Origin: Candidatus Eiseniibacteriota bacterium
Lineage (GTDB): Bacteria > Eisenbacteria > RBG-16-71-46 > SZUA-252
Length of the DNA: 57,693 bases
Assembly: GCA_035494915.1 (NCBI GenBank)
Contig: DATJGP010000038.1
Location: 1 to 57,693, forward strand
Direction: 5' to 3'
The number at the start of each line of letters is the position of its first letter. Position 1 is the stretch's first letter. Positions 45,338-56,985 of this stretch are shown here, one piece after another. The position numbers and the translations under genes are program-made. The notes below the pieces were generated by a model. That model saw only the letters and a program-made list of their open reading frames with translations. It was not told where the DNA came from and made no database searches.

Positions 45338-45730
45338 CTAGAGGACGAGGATGCCCGCTTTGGCCTTCGCTTCCATGCGCGGCAGAAGCTCGTCCAGCGA
45401 GAGCGTGTCCCGGTAGTGGAAGAACTCGAGCAGCATGGGCAGATTGACTCCGGTGATGCGCTTGAAGGGGCGATCACAGGGAGTGATGCGCCGCGATGCG
45501 ATGCCGCAGCTCCCCGCGGCCAGGTCGGTGAAGAGAACGACCGGCGCGTCGGACGGAATGGCGGAGATTCGATCCTCGATCGCGGCCGTGAGAGCGTCGG
45601 ACGAGAGCCCGTTGTTGCTGATGGTGATGGTGTCGGTCTGCGGCCCCAGGATGGAGCCGACGGTCCGGACGAGCTCCTCCCCCAGAACCCCGTGGGTCAC
45701 GAGGAGGGCGAAGGGGCGCGATCCGGCCAT
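45338..45730 (-). CDS. PTS mannose-family EIIA component
   Basis: 130-aa ORF starting FALLVTHGVLGEEL (His near residue 13, as in EIIA-Man), followed by VLFTDLAAGS. Confidence 0.7.
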   Translation of the reverse strand: MAGSRPFALLVTHGVLGEELVRTVGSILGPQTDTITISNNGLSSDALTAAIEDRISAIPSDAPVVLFTDLAAGSCGIASRRITPCDRPFKRITGVNLPMLLEFFHYRDTLSLDELLPRMEAKAKAGILVL

Positions 45731-45736
45731 GGCGGC

Positions 45737-46723
45737 CTACTCGACGTCGTCCCGCACGAGCGGGTTCGAGAGGAGCTGCTTCATGCGCATGCTCTCCATC
45801 AGGCGGTCGTTCAGCGCCCGCGCGGGGTGGTACCCGTAGACCTTGACCAGATGGTTGAGGGCGACCACTTCGGCGATGACGGTGATGTTCTTGCCCGGAA
45901 AGATCGGGATCGTGACCAGCGGGATCTGGACGTCGAGGTAGCCCTGCATCTGGTCCTCGAGGCCCACCCGCTCGAAATCGCGCGCGTCGTTCCACTCCGT
46001 GAGATGCACCTCGACCTCCACCCGTTTCTGCCCCCGGATCGACCGGATGCCGAAGATGGACTGGACGTCGATGATCCCGATCCCCCGCACCTCCATCGTG
46101 TGCTTCAGCACCTCGTTGCAGGCCCCGATCAGGATGTCGCCGTGCCGCCGCGTGATCCGGACCACGTCGTCCGCCACGAGGCGGTGGCCGCGCTCGACCA
46201 GGTCGAGGGCGGTCTCGCTCTTCCCGATGCCGCTCCGCCCCGTGAAGAGGAGCCCGATCCCGTACACGTCGACGAGCGACCCGTGCACGGTGATGTTGGG
46301 TGCGAAGACGAAATCGAGAAAGGCGGTGAGCTGATGAATGAACGGGGTCGTCTCGAGCGGCGTGCGGATGACCGGGATCTGGTGCGCGTTCCCGCGCTCG
46401 ACCAGCTCGGACGGGATCTCGAGGCCCTTGGCCACGATGATGCAAGGGGTCTGGAACTGGAAGAACCGATCCAGGGCGGCGTCGCGGTCTCCCTCCTTCA
46501 GCGTGCCGAGATACGCGAGCTCCGTGCGCCCGAAGATCTGGATGCGCTCGGCGAGGAAGTTCTCGGTGAAGCCCATGAGCGCCATCCCCGGACGGTTGAT
46601 GTCGCTCATCGTGATCGGGACCTTGGATTCCAGCGACTCCGACAGGAGATCGAGGGAGAGCGCGTCCTTCTGTTGCTCGTAGAGCTGCGCGACCGTGAGG
46701 GTCGGCGGGCTAGTCGAGCTCAA
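45737..46723 (-). CDS. hprK: HPr kinase/phosphorylase
   Basis: It contains the P-loop GLLFTGRSGIGKSETALDLVERGHRLVADD and the downstream motif EVRGIGIIDV. The protein is 328 aa. A TTG at 46723 is the only start compatible with the conserved N-terminus. Confidence 0.9.
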   Translation of the reverse strand: MSSTSPPTLTVAQLYEQQKDALSLDLLSESLESKVPITMSDINRPGMALMGFTENFLAERIQIFGRTELAYLGTLKEGDRDAALDRFFQFQTPCIIVAKGLEIPSELVERGNAHQIPVIRTPLETTPFIHQLTAFLDFVFAPNITVHGSLVDVYGIGLLFTGRSGIGKSETALDLVERGHRLVADDVVRITRRHGDILIGACNEVLKHTMEVRGIGIIDVQSIFGIRSIRGQKRVEVEVHLTEWNDARDFERVGLEDQMQGYLDVQIPLVTIPIFPGKNITVIAEVVALNHLVKVYGYHPARALNDRLMESMRMKQLLSNPLVRDDVE

Positions 46724-47237
46724 GCAGCCCCACCTGTCCGTCTTCGAGGCGGTAGGCCACGCGAAGCCCTTCCTCGCCTCGCTCGGAGAACACGAGGACG
46801 GGCTTCCGGCTCTTCATGAGCGCGCGGGCGGCTTCCTCCACGCTCAGGACCGGCCGCTTGGGTGGACGGTGCCGGACCACCTCGATCGCGGCCTTGGCGC
46901 GCGGCGGGGTTTCGATCGCGGGCTCCATGCGGATGCTCGATCCGCGCTTCTTCCGATCCTTGAGCTTGTCCTTCTGCTTCTGGAGCGCACGCTCCACCTT
47001 GCCTAGGACCTGGTCGAGCGAGGCCTTGGCCTCGTTGTCGGTCGCCTTGGTGAGAAGATCGAGCGCGTTGCCGTGGAGGCGGAGCTCGGTCTGGTGGCGG
47101 TAGCCCTCCTGCGTGATGACGAGCTCGGCGCGAATGATCGCCGGATAGAACCGCGTCAGTCGCTCGAGGCGCTCGACCGCGTATTCCCGAAAGCCCGGCG
47201 AGGGCTTCCAGTGACGTCCCTTGATCGTGATCTCCAT
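46710..47237 (-). CDS. hpf: Ribosome hibernation-promoting factor (long HPF/RaiA form)
   Basis: The N-terminus MEITIKGRHWKPSPGFREYAVERLERL is sigma-54 modulation protein/S30EA-like. The 175-aa protein has a C-terminal extension and lies directly downstream of rpoN. Confidence 0.85.
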   Translation of the reverse strand: MEITIKGRHWKPSPGFREYAVERLERLTRFYPAIIRAELVITQEGYRHQTELRLHGNALDLLTKATDNEAKASLDQVLGKVERALQKQKDKLKDRKKRGSSIRMEPAIETPPRAKAAIEVVRHRPPKRPVLSVEEAARALMKSRKPVLVFSERGEEGLRVAYRLEDGQVGLLELD

Positions 47238-47263
47238 GCCACCCCCTTATCGGTGGGACGCGC

Positions 47264-48697
47264 TCAGGCGTAGCGGCGTCGCGCGCGCGCGGGCAAGAGG
47301 CGGAGCGCCTCCCGGTACTTCGCCACGGTGCGCCGCGCGATCCGGAGACCCTGCTCGTGCAGGATCTCGGCGATGCGCTGATCGCTGAGCGGGTCCTTCT
47401 TGTCCTCGTTGTTGATCAGGGTCAGGATCTTGTCCTTCGCGACCTTGGCCGAGACGTCGTCCCCTTCCTCGGTGGCGAGGCCGCTCGAGAAGAAGTACTT
47501 CAGCTCGAAGACGCCGCGCGGCGTCTGGACGTACTTGTTGGTCGTGACTCGGCTCACGGTGGATTCGTGCATGCCGATCTGGTTCGCGATCTGCTGGAGC
47601 GTGAGCGGCTTCAGCCCCTCGACGCCGCGCTCGAAGAACTCCCGCTGCTCCTCGACGATCCGGCGCATCACCTTGATCATCGTCTTCCGCCGCTGCTCGA
47701 TCGTCTGGATGAGCCACTTGGCGGAATTGAGCTTGTCGGAGATGAACTTTCGCGTCTCGTCCTGCCCGGCGGACTTGTTGCGGAGCATCTGCTGGTAGGC
47801 CTGGCTGATCCTTAGCCGCGGCACGTTCCGGTCGTTGAGCGACACCACGAACTCGCCGGACACGCGATCGACGATGAGATCGGGCGTGACGTATTTCGTG
47901 TCCTCCGCCGCGATCTCCTGTCCGGGACGCGGGTCCAGGGTCGCGATGAGGTCCCCCGCCCCCTGGACGTCCTCGACGGTGCATTTGAGGCCGCGCGCGA
48001 TCTCGCCGAAGCGCTTGGCGAGGAGGTTCTCGAATTGTTCCTGCACGACGCGCCCCGCGAGCGTGTCCTCTTGTTTCCGCTGCACGAGCTGGATCCAGAG
48101 GCATTCTTGGAGATTCCGCGCGCCGACGCCGGCGGGCTCGAACTTCTGGATCTCCGCCAGCACCTCTTCCACCTTGTCGGGCCCCACGGCGAAGGTCTCG
48201 GCGACTTCCTCGACCGTCGTCTGGAGATAGCCGTTCTCGTCGATCGAGCCGATCAGGTACTCGCCAATGGCGAGCTCCTCTTCGCTTCGCTCGAGGAGAC
48301 GGAGCTGGTCGATGAGATGATCGCCGAGGCTCCTCCGCGTCACGGGGACGCGTTCGTAGAACTCGGCGTCCGGATCGTCCGTACGCGGTGCGGAGGGGAT
48401 CTCGTAGTTGTCCGGCCAGAGCTCGTTCCAGTCGACTTCCTGGTTCTTGTCCGGCTCGGCCGTCTCGACCGGCTCCCCCTCCCCGTCCTGGCCCTCCTCC
48501 TTCTTGATCTCCTCGATCTCCTGCACCTCCTCGATCTCGTCGACTTCCTCGAGGAGCGGATTGCGCTCCAGCTCCGCCTTCAGCGCCTGCTGGAGCTCGA
48601 GCGTGGGCATCTGGAGGAGCTTCAGGGCCTGCTGCAGACGCTGCGTCATGATCAGCGTCGGCTTCTGCTGCATGCTCAGGCCGTGTTTCATTTCCAT
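47264..48697 (-). CDS. rpoN: RNA polymerase sigma-54 factor
   Basis: Region I reads LIMTQRLQQALKLLQMPTLELQQ. An acidic region II follows. The C-terminal RpoN box reads ARRTVAKYREALR. Confidence 0.95.
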   Translation of the reverse strand: MEMKHGLSMQQKPTLIMTQRLQQALKLLQMPTLELQQALKAELERNPLLEEVDEIEEVQEIEEIKKEEGQDGEGEPVETAEPDKNQEVDWNELWPDNYEIPSAPRTDDPDAEFYERVPVTRRSLGDHLIDQLRLLERSEEELAIGEYLIGSIDENGYLQTTVEEVAETFAVGPDKVEEVLAEIQKFEPAGVGARNLQECLWIQLVQRKQEDTLAGRVVQEQFENLLAKRFGEIARGLKCTVEDVQGAGDLIATLDPRPGQEIAAEDTKYVTPDLIVDRVSGEFVVSLNDRNVPRLRISQAYQQMLRNKSAGQDETRKFISDKLNSAKWLIQTIEQRRKTMIKVMRRIVEEQREFFERGVEGLKPLTLQQIANQIGMHESTVSRVTTNKYVQTPRGVFELKYFFSSGLATEEGDDVSAKVAKDKILTLINNEDKKDPLSDQRIAEILHEQGLRIARRTVAKYREALRLLPARARRRYA

Positions 48698-48709
48698 GGC
48701 TCTAGCCCC

Positions 48710-49435
48710 TCAATCGAGTCGGAAGCGCTCGCCCAGGTAGATCTGGCGCGCCACCGGATCCTGCGCCAGCTCCTGACCGGTGCCCTGCAGCAGGATCTTG
48801 CCTTCGAACATGATGTACGCGTGGTCGGTGGTGCTCAGCGTTTCCCGCACGTTGTGATCGGTGATCAGAATGCCCAGCCCCTTCTGCCTCAGGCGGGACA
48901 CGATGTCCTGGATCTCCGAGACGGCGATCGGGTCGATCCCCACGAACGGCTCGTCCAGGAGGAGAAACCCCGGCTGCGTCACGAGCGCCCGGGTGATCTC
49001 CACGCGCCGCCGCTCGCCTCCCGACAGGTTGTAGCCCTTCCGGTCCGCCAGGTGTCCGATGTTCAGCTCCTCGAGGAGCTGCTCGAGCCGCTGCGCCCGC
49101 TCTTTCGACGAGAGCTTCAGCGTCTCGAGGATCGCGAGGATGTTCTCGCGGACCGTCAAACGCCGGAAGATCGACGGCTCCTGCGCCAGATACCCGATTC
49201 CGATCCGGGCCCGCTGGTGCATGGGGAGCTGCGTGATGTCCCGATCGTCCAGCGAGATCTTCCCGCCGTCGGCGCGCAGGAGCCCGACGATCAGGTAGAA
49301 CGTGGTGGTCTTCCCCGCCCCGTTCGGCCCCAGGAGTCCGACGACCTGTCCGCGCTCGACCTGGACGGTGACCTTGTCGACCACCTTCCAGGTTCCATAG
49401 TAGCGCTCCAGGTCCCGCGCCACGAGGCCGCTCAC
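48710..49435 (-). CDS. lptB: LPS export ABC transporter ATP-binding protein LptB
   Basis: Walker A is GPNGAGKTT, the ABC signature is LSGGERRR and Walker B is LLLDEPF. The protein is 241 aa and sits upstream of rpoN, as in canonical lptB-rpoN loci. Confidence 0.9.
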   Translation of the reverse strand: MSGLVARDLERYYGTWKVVDKVTVQVERGQVVGLLGPNGAGKTTTFYLIVGLLRADGGKISLDDRDITQLPMHQRARIGIGYLAQEPSIFRRLTVRENILAILETLKLSSKERAQRLEQLLEELNIGHLADRKGYNLSGGERRRVEITRALVTQPGFLLLDEPFVGIDPIAVSEIQDIVSRLRQKGLGILITDHNVRETLSTTDHAYIMFEGKILLQGTGQELAQDPVARQIYLGERFRLD

Positions 49436-50016
49436 GGATGCGACTCCAGCGAGTCGGGGTTCTCCCCCTGGGACTGGACCTCGGCGCGCACCTCTCGCGC
49501 CAGGTGGAAGTGATCGAGCGTCGCGTCGCTCTCGAAGCCGTATCCGGTCACCACGTCTCCGTGACGGGTCACGCGCACGAAAGCGTCAGAGACGATCTTG
49601 CCCCTCGCGTTCTGCCATCGAAGCGAGTCGGTCTCGAGCGTCACGCCGCTCTCGGTCGTGACGTGAACGTTGCCCCGCGCCTCGAGGTCGTTCGTCCTCT
49701 GGAAGACGAGCCCCTGGTCGGCGGTCAGGGATGAGTTCTTCTTCCCTGCCTTGTCGAAGAAATCGATCCGCACCGTCCGGGCATCGACGAGATTCTTGTC
49801 GTTGTACATCGCCGCGTACGACGCCCAGAGGGTCCAGCTCTTCTTTCCCTCCATGGATTCGGTGAGCGTGAAGTCCCTCGCTTCCTGGTCCGGGAGACGG
49901 ACCTCCTCCCCGCTCGTCGTGGAGGGCGTGTCCTTGTGGCAGCCAGCGGCCGAAGCCCCCACTAGCATGGACAGTACCATGCCCGCGAAGCCACGGTCAA
50001 ACCATTGGAACCGCAT
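49432..50016 (-). CDS. lptC: LptC-like (OstA-fold) LPS export periplasmic protein
   Basis: 194-aa ORF with an N-terminal anchor or lipobox-like segment (MVLSMLVGASAAGC) and a beta-jellyroll-like repeat pattern (FTLTES..KKSWTLWA...RIDFFD...LTADQG...GNVHVTTESG). Its position immediately upstream of lptB supports the call. LptA cannot be excluded. Confidence 0.6.
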   Translation of the reverse strand: MRFQWFDRGFAGMVLSMLVGASAAGCHKDTPSTTSGEEVRLPDQEARDFTLTESMEGKKSWTLWASYAAMYNDKNLVDARTVRIDFFDKAGKKNSSLTADQGLVFQRTNDLEARGNVHVTTESGVTLETDSLRWQNARGKIVSDAFVRVTRHGDVVTGYGFESDATLDHFHLAREVRAEVQSQGENPDSLESHP

Positions 50017-50020
50017 GGTC

Positions 50021-51013
50021 TTACCTCGCCCGAAGGTCGAGGCAGTCGTGCAGGTGGAGCACCCCTTCGGGGCGGCCGTGCCCGTCCAGGACGACCAGAG
50101 ACGTGATGGCGCCGCCCGGATTTTCCTCCATCGAGCGGACCGCCTGGGCGATCAGCGCCTCCTTCTCGATGGTCCGGGGCGACCGGGAGATGACGCGGGA
50201 CACTGGAAGCGTCAGGTCGGCGTTCCCCTGGAGCAGGATGCGCTTCAGGTCGCCGTCGGTGAGCACGCCCTGGAGCAGGCCCTGGGCGTCGACCACGGTC
50301 GTCATCCCGAGCCTCTTGTTCAGGATCTCGACGAGCGCCTCGTGCAGCGTGGCGCTCTCGGGCACGCGCGGGAGCGCCGCACCCGTATGCATCCGGTCCG
50401 CGACGCGCAGGAGCGCGACCCGCCCGAGCACACCGCCCGGATGGAGATAGGCGAAGTCCTCCCGCGTGAATCCCTTGAGCCGCATGAGCACGATCGCGAG
50501 CGCATCGCCGAGCGCGAGCATCGCGGTGGTCGTGGCGGTCGGAACCAGGTCCTCGGGGCCCGCCTCGCGCGGACGGCCGACATCGAGGACATGATCCGCT
50601 CCGCGCGCGAGCGAGGACGTGGGATGACACGTGATCGTGACGACGAGCACGCCGTGACGGCGGAGCGCCGGCAAGAGCTCCAGCAGCTCCGCCGTTTCGC
50701 CGCTCTTCGAGAGGAGGATCGCCGCGTCGTCGCGCGACACGATGCCCAGATCGCCGTGCGCCGCGTCGGCGGGATGGACGAACGTCGCGGGCGTTCCCGT
50801 GCTGGTCAGCGTCGCGGCGATCTTCTTCGCGACGAGCCCCGACTTTCCGACACCGAGCGCGAGGACCTGCCCCTTGACAGCGGCGATCGCGTGGACCGCC
50901 GCTTCGAACTCGGGACCGATCCGCGGCTTGAGCGCGAGGATCGCCTCCCCTTCGAGGTCCAGGACCTCGCGCGCCCAGGCCGTGATGGACCCGGCTGGGT
51001 TCGCGTCCTTCAT
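50021..51013 (-). CDS. kdsD: Arabinose-5-phosphate isomerase (KpsF/GutQ/KdsD: SIS domain plus tandem CBS domains)
   Basis: From the ATG at 51013 the SIS motif is VLALGVGKSGLVAKKIAATLTSTGTPATFVHP and the C-terminus carries CBS domains. The ORF-track extension to 51313 overlaps kdsA. Confidence 0.85.
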   Translation of the reverse strand: MKDANPAGSITAWAREVLDLEGEAILALKPRIGPEFEAAVHAIAAVKGQVLALGVGKSGLVAKKIAATLTSTGTPATFVHPADAAHGDLGIVSRDDAAILLSKSGETAELLELLPALRRHGVLVVTITCHPTSSLARGADHVLDVGRPREAGPEDLVPTATTTAMLALGDALAIVLMRLKGFTREDFAYLHPGGVLGRVALLRVADRMHTGAALPRVPESATLHEALVEILNKRLGMTTVVDAQGLLQGVLTDGDLKRILLQGNADLTLPVSRVISRSPRTIEKEALIAQAVRSMEENPGGAITSLVVLDGHGRPEGVLHLHDCLDLRAR

Positions 51014-51039
51014 GGTCGGCTCCGCTTCCAGGCCCCGCT

Positions 51040-51882
51040 TCACGTGCGCCTCGTCTCCACAAGAGAGGGATCGGCAACCGATTGGTGAATCTTCATGAGA
51101 CTTCGGAGGAGCGGCTCCAGGTCGGCCAGTGGCCACTGCGATTCGCGGTCGGATCGAGCCCGCGCGGGATCGGGATGGGTCTCGATGAAGAGGCCGTCCG
51201 CTCCGGCGGCCACCGCGGCCCGGGCGAGCGCGGGGATGAACTCCCGCTGTCCTCCGGTCTCCACGCCGCCCGGCCGTTGCACCGAGTGCGTCGCGTCGAA
51301 GAAGACCGGACACTCGAGCCGGGCCATGGTGGGGATCGAGCGCATGTCGACCACGAGATCACCGTAGCCGAAGGTGGTCCCGCGCTCCGTCACGATCACG
51401 CCTGGCGCACCCGCGGCGCGCACCTTCTCCACGGCGCGCCCCATGGACGCTGGATCGAGGAATTGTCCCTTCTTCACGTGCACCGGCCGTCCACTCGCCC
51501 CGGCTGCTTCGAGGAGCGCCGTCTGCCGGCAGAGAAACGCGGGGATCTGGAGAAGGTCGAGCGCGCGCGCCGCCTCCGCGATATCCGTCGTCTCGTGAAC
51601 GTCGCTCGTCACCGGGACACCGACGCGCTCCCGGATGCGCGCGAGCGTCTCGAGACCCCGCTCGGCGCCCGGCCCCCGATAGCTCTCGCGCGAGGAGCGG
51701 TTGGCCTTCGCGAACGAGGCTTTGAAGACGAACGGAAGGCCGAGCGAGACCGCGATCCGCTTGACCTCCTGCGCGACCTCTTCGCCCATCGCGTCGTCCT
51801 CGAGCACGCACGGGCCCGCGATGAGCGCAAGGCGGCCGGGTTCGATCCGGACGGATCCGACCGCGACCGGGGCGAATCGCAC
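51040..51882 (-). CDS. kdsA: 3-deoxy-8-phosphooctulonate (KDO-8-P) synthase
   Basis: It contains LALIAGPCVLED and FVFKASFAKANRSS. I prefer the GTG at 51882, 1 nt after the pyrG stop. The ORF-track ATG at 51936 would overlap pyrG by 53 nt. Confidence 0.88.
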   Translation of the reverse strand: MRFAPVAVGSVRIEPGRLALIAGPCVLEDDAMGEEVAQEVKRIAVSLGLPFVFKASFAKANRSSRESYRGPGAERGLETLARIRERVGVPVTSDVHETTDIAEAARALDLLQIPAFLCRQTALLEAAGASGRPVHVKKGQFLDPASMGRAVEKVRAAGAPGVIVTERGTTFGYGDLVVDMRSIPTMARLECPVFFDATHSVQRPGGVETGGQREFIPALARAAVAAGADGLFIETHPDPARARSDRESQWPLADLEPLLRSLMKIHQSVADPSLVETRRT

Positions 51883-51883
51883 G

Positions 51884-54336
<2,453 letters not shown>

Positions 54337-54386
54337 GAGCCATGCTATCCAACGGGGGTAGGGCGCGTCAAGCGTGGGGCGAGGTG

Positions 54387-56975
54387 CTAGCGAAGGCCCC
54401 TGGCGATATAGAGCTCGGAAAGATTCCGATCGGCGGTGAACGCCATTCCCCTGCCGTCCCCGGCAACCCGCACGATTCCCGAACCGAGAATGCCCGCGGG
54501 ATTCCGCGGCGTGATGACACGGATCACGCGCCGCGATCCTGTCCTCAGGTCGATCGCAGAAACGGTCGGTCGCCGAGCCCCGATCTGGGCCACGAAGATC
54601 TCTCTGCCATCTCTCGAGAAGCCCGCGCAGAAGAGTCTCTCATTCGAAGCGATGCCCGGAATCTCCGAGGGCGTGCCGTCCGCCAGCGAATAGAGGTTGC
54701 GGAGCGGAGAGACCGCCACGTAGCGGCCATCCGGGGTCAGTCGAACATTTCCCGCCGTGAAAGCGACATTCTTGATGACCGGGCGCGGGTCACCCCCTGA
54801 GATGTTCTGCATGTATCCCGCGACGCTCCCGGTGGAGTCCTCCCCGATCACGAACACGTGACGTCCGTCAGGGAACCATGCGGCCTGGAAGTGAGATCGA
54901 ATCGGACCACGTGGAAGGGTTTTCGTCTCCCCGGTGCCTGTGGGAAGAACGACCAGGTCGGTCGGGGAGTCGAGGGTCGTCGCGAGGGCGTAACGCCCAT
55001 CGGGCGAGAGGGCGGAGGCCTGCCCGGCGCCGAGCTTCACGACCGGCGACCCGTCCGTTCCGCGGATACACACCGCGTAGGTGTCGCCCACCGCGTTCCC
55101 TTCCTCCGAAAAGAGGACGGTCCGCCCGTCCGCGCTCACATCGTCGAGCACCGACCAGTCTCCCCACGAGAGCTCGCGCTCCTCCGCCGCCCCGGGATCC
55201 AGCCAGTAGAGCTCCGCCCGGTGATTGTCGCGGACGAAGAGCACACGGCCGTCCGTGGCGATATCGGTGATCCGCATCCCTCCGGGGCTTTCAGCCACCG
55301 TGCGAATGGAACCGTCGAGCGTGGCCGCGAAGATCTTCGCTCCGAGACCCCCCCGTGCGGCGGAGAACCAGATCTCCTTCCCATCCGGGCGCCATGCGAT
55401 GCCCTGGCAGCTGCCGAAGGTCGGTCCGAGGGCTTTCGACGCACCCTTGCGGTCGATGACCGTGAGCGTCCCACGGTCGTCGGGAAAGATCCGATGATCG
55501 AAGAACGCGATCCGGCTCCCGTCCGGGGCGAAGCGGAGACGGCTCATCCAGCCCGGGGTCTCGCGTAGCACGTGACCCGGAGGACACTCGAGCCGGTAGC
55601 GTCCATTCGACGCGATCAGCACGGCCAGCGTCCCGTCGTGCGCCCAGTCGGCGCTGACGACGCTGTCCACCACCGCGCGCGGCGCGCCGCCGGCCAGAGG
55701 AACGCGGGCGAGCGTTCCCAGCCGGGTCAAGTGCGGCTGGTTGGTCGTATGGATCCCGATTCCGAGATCGCCCGCGCTCGAGACGTAGAGCAGCATCGCG
55801 TTCCGATAGCCCAGGGGCCGGGTTTCGGGAGAGCCGATCTGAGCCGTATAGACGCTTGCCGAGTCGCCATCCCACTCCGCGCTGTAGACGATCGTATTCG
55901 CGTCCGGGGTGAAGCGAGCGTCGTGAACCGCTCCGTTCCGGAAGGTGACCCTCTGGTACTCCGGCTGAACCGCCTTCGACGCCGAGTGGGTGAGGGCCCA
56001 TGCCAGAGCGACAGCGGCGACGGCACCGAGACCCATGGACGTGAGGAACGCGGATCGGGAGCGGCGACGACGGGCCGGCTCTGTCGACACCGCCGGAAGA
56101 CTGGAGGAGGCCAGGAGCTCGAGATCGAAGGCGAGATCGCGGGCATTCTGCGGCCGCGCGGACGGATCCTTCTCAAGTGATCGGCGCACCACGCGATCGA
56201 GACCCGGAACTCGGAGCACCGTCTCCGGCAGGGGGGCGGGCTCCGTGGACAGGATCGCCATCTGAATATCCGCGGCCGTCGCTCCCTGGAAGGCGCGGTG
56301 TCCCGACAACATTTCGTAGAGGATCGCTCCGAGCGCGAAGAGATCGGTGCGGCCATCCACGGACTGCTGGCGGATCTGCTCCGGCGCCATGTATCCGACC
56401 GTTCCGTACGTGGAGCCGGGGCTCGTGAGTGCGGCGCCGATCGTGGCCGTGTCGGTGGAGGGCGGGCGGCCTTCCTCGGCCATCCGCTTGGCCAGACCGA
56501 AATCGAGAATCTTCACTCGCCCGCCGCGGGCGACCACGATGTTCTCGGGCTTGAGATCGCGATGCACGATCCCGCGCTCGTGCGCGGCGGCAAGCCCGCT
56601 CGCGACCTGAGTCGCGATGGCGAGCGCGGTCGCCGGTGGGAGCGCCCCCTGCTCCAGGCGCTTCCGGAGCGTGTCCCCTTCCACCAGCTCGAAGACGACG
56701 AACGGCGTCCCTTCGTGCACGCCCACGTCGTAGATCGTGACCACGTGGGGATCGCTCAAGGCCGAGACGGCTCGTGCTTCGATGTCGAACCGGCTCAGCC
56801 GCTCGGGGTCGGAGGCGAATTCAGGCGGAAGCGTCTTGAGGGCGACGTCCCGTCCGAGGCGCGTGTCGCGCGCGCGATAGACATCGCCCATGCCTCCGGC
56901 GCCGAGCGGCGCGAGGATCTCGTACGGACCGAGACGGGTGCCGGGAGGAAGCGCGGATCGGCCGGACGGCGTCAC
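54387..56975 (-). CDS. Transmembrane Ser/Thr protein kinase with an extracytoplasmic TolB-like (PD40/WD40-like) beta-propeller
   Basis: The kinase motifs are LGAGGMGDVYRA, VALKTL, HRDLKPENI, DFGLA and APE. The TM segment is FLTSMGLGAVAAVALAWAL. The C-terminal half contains repeated FSPDG, RFAPDGSRIAF, WRPDGKEIWF and LSPDGRYA units. Confidence 0.85.
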   Translation of the reverse strand: MTPSGRSALPPGTRLGPYEILAPLGAGGMGDVYRARDTRLGRDVALKTLPPEFASDPERLSRFDIEARAVSALSDPHVVTIYDVGVHEGTPFVVFELVEGDTLRKRLEQGALPPATALAIATQVASGLAAAHERGIVHRDLKPENIVVARGGRVKILDFGLAKRMAEEGRPPSTDTATIGAALTSPGSTYGTVGYMAPEQIRQQSVDGRTDLFALGAILYEMLSGHRAFQGATAADIQMAILSTEPAPLPETVLRVPGLDRVVRRSLEKDPSARPQNARDLAFDLELLASSSLPAVSTEPARRRRSRSAFLTSMGLGAVAAVALAWALTHSASKAVQPEYQRVTFRNGAVHDARFTPDANTIVYSAEWDGDSASVYTAQIGSPETRPLGYRNAMLLYVSSAGDLGIGIHTTNQPHLTRLGTLARVPLAGGAPRAVVDSVVSADWAHDGTLAVLIASNGRYRLECPPGHVLRETPGWMSRLRFAPDGSRIAFFDHRIFPDDRGTLTVIDRKGASKALGPTFGSCQGIAWRPDGKEIWFSAARGGLGAKIFAATLDGSIRTVAESPGGMRITDIATDGRVLFVRDNHRAELYWLDPGAAEERELSWGDWSVLDDVSADGRTVLFSEEGNAVGDTYAVCIRGTDGSPVVKLGAGQASALSPDGRYALATTLDSPTDLVVLPTGTGETKTLPRGPIRSHFQAAWFPDGRHVFVIGEDSTGSVAGYMQNISGGDPRPVIKNVAFTAGNVRLTPDGRYVAVSPLRNLYSLADGTPSEIPGIASNERLFCAGFSRDGREIFVAQIGARRPTVSAIDLRTGSRRVIRVITPRNPAGILGSGIVRVAGDGRGMAFTADRNLSELYIARGLR

Positions 56976-56985
56976 GTGGGATCGC

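Noticed and set aside
48710-51013. Apparent absence of lptA and kdsC between kdsD, lptC and lptB as a notable deletion.
   Set aside because: The single 194-aa OstA-fold protein cannot be assigned confidently to LptC versus LptA from sequence reading alone. The missing genes may simply be encoded elsewhere, so this is not interpretable from this window.
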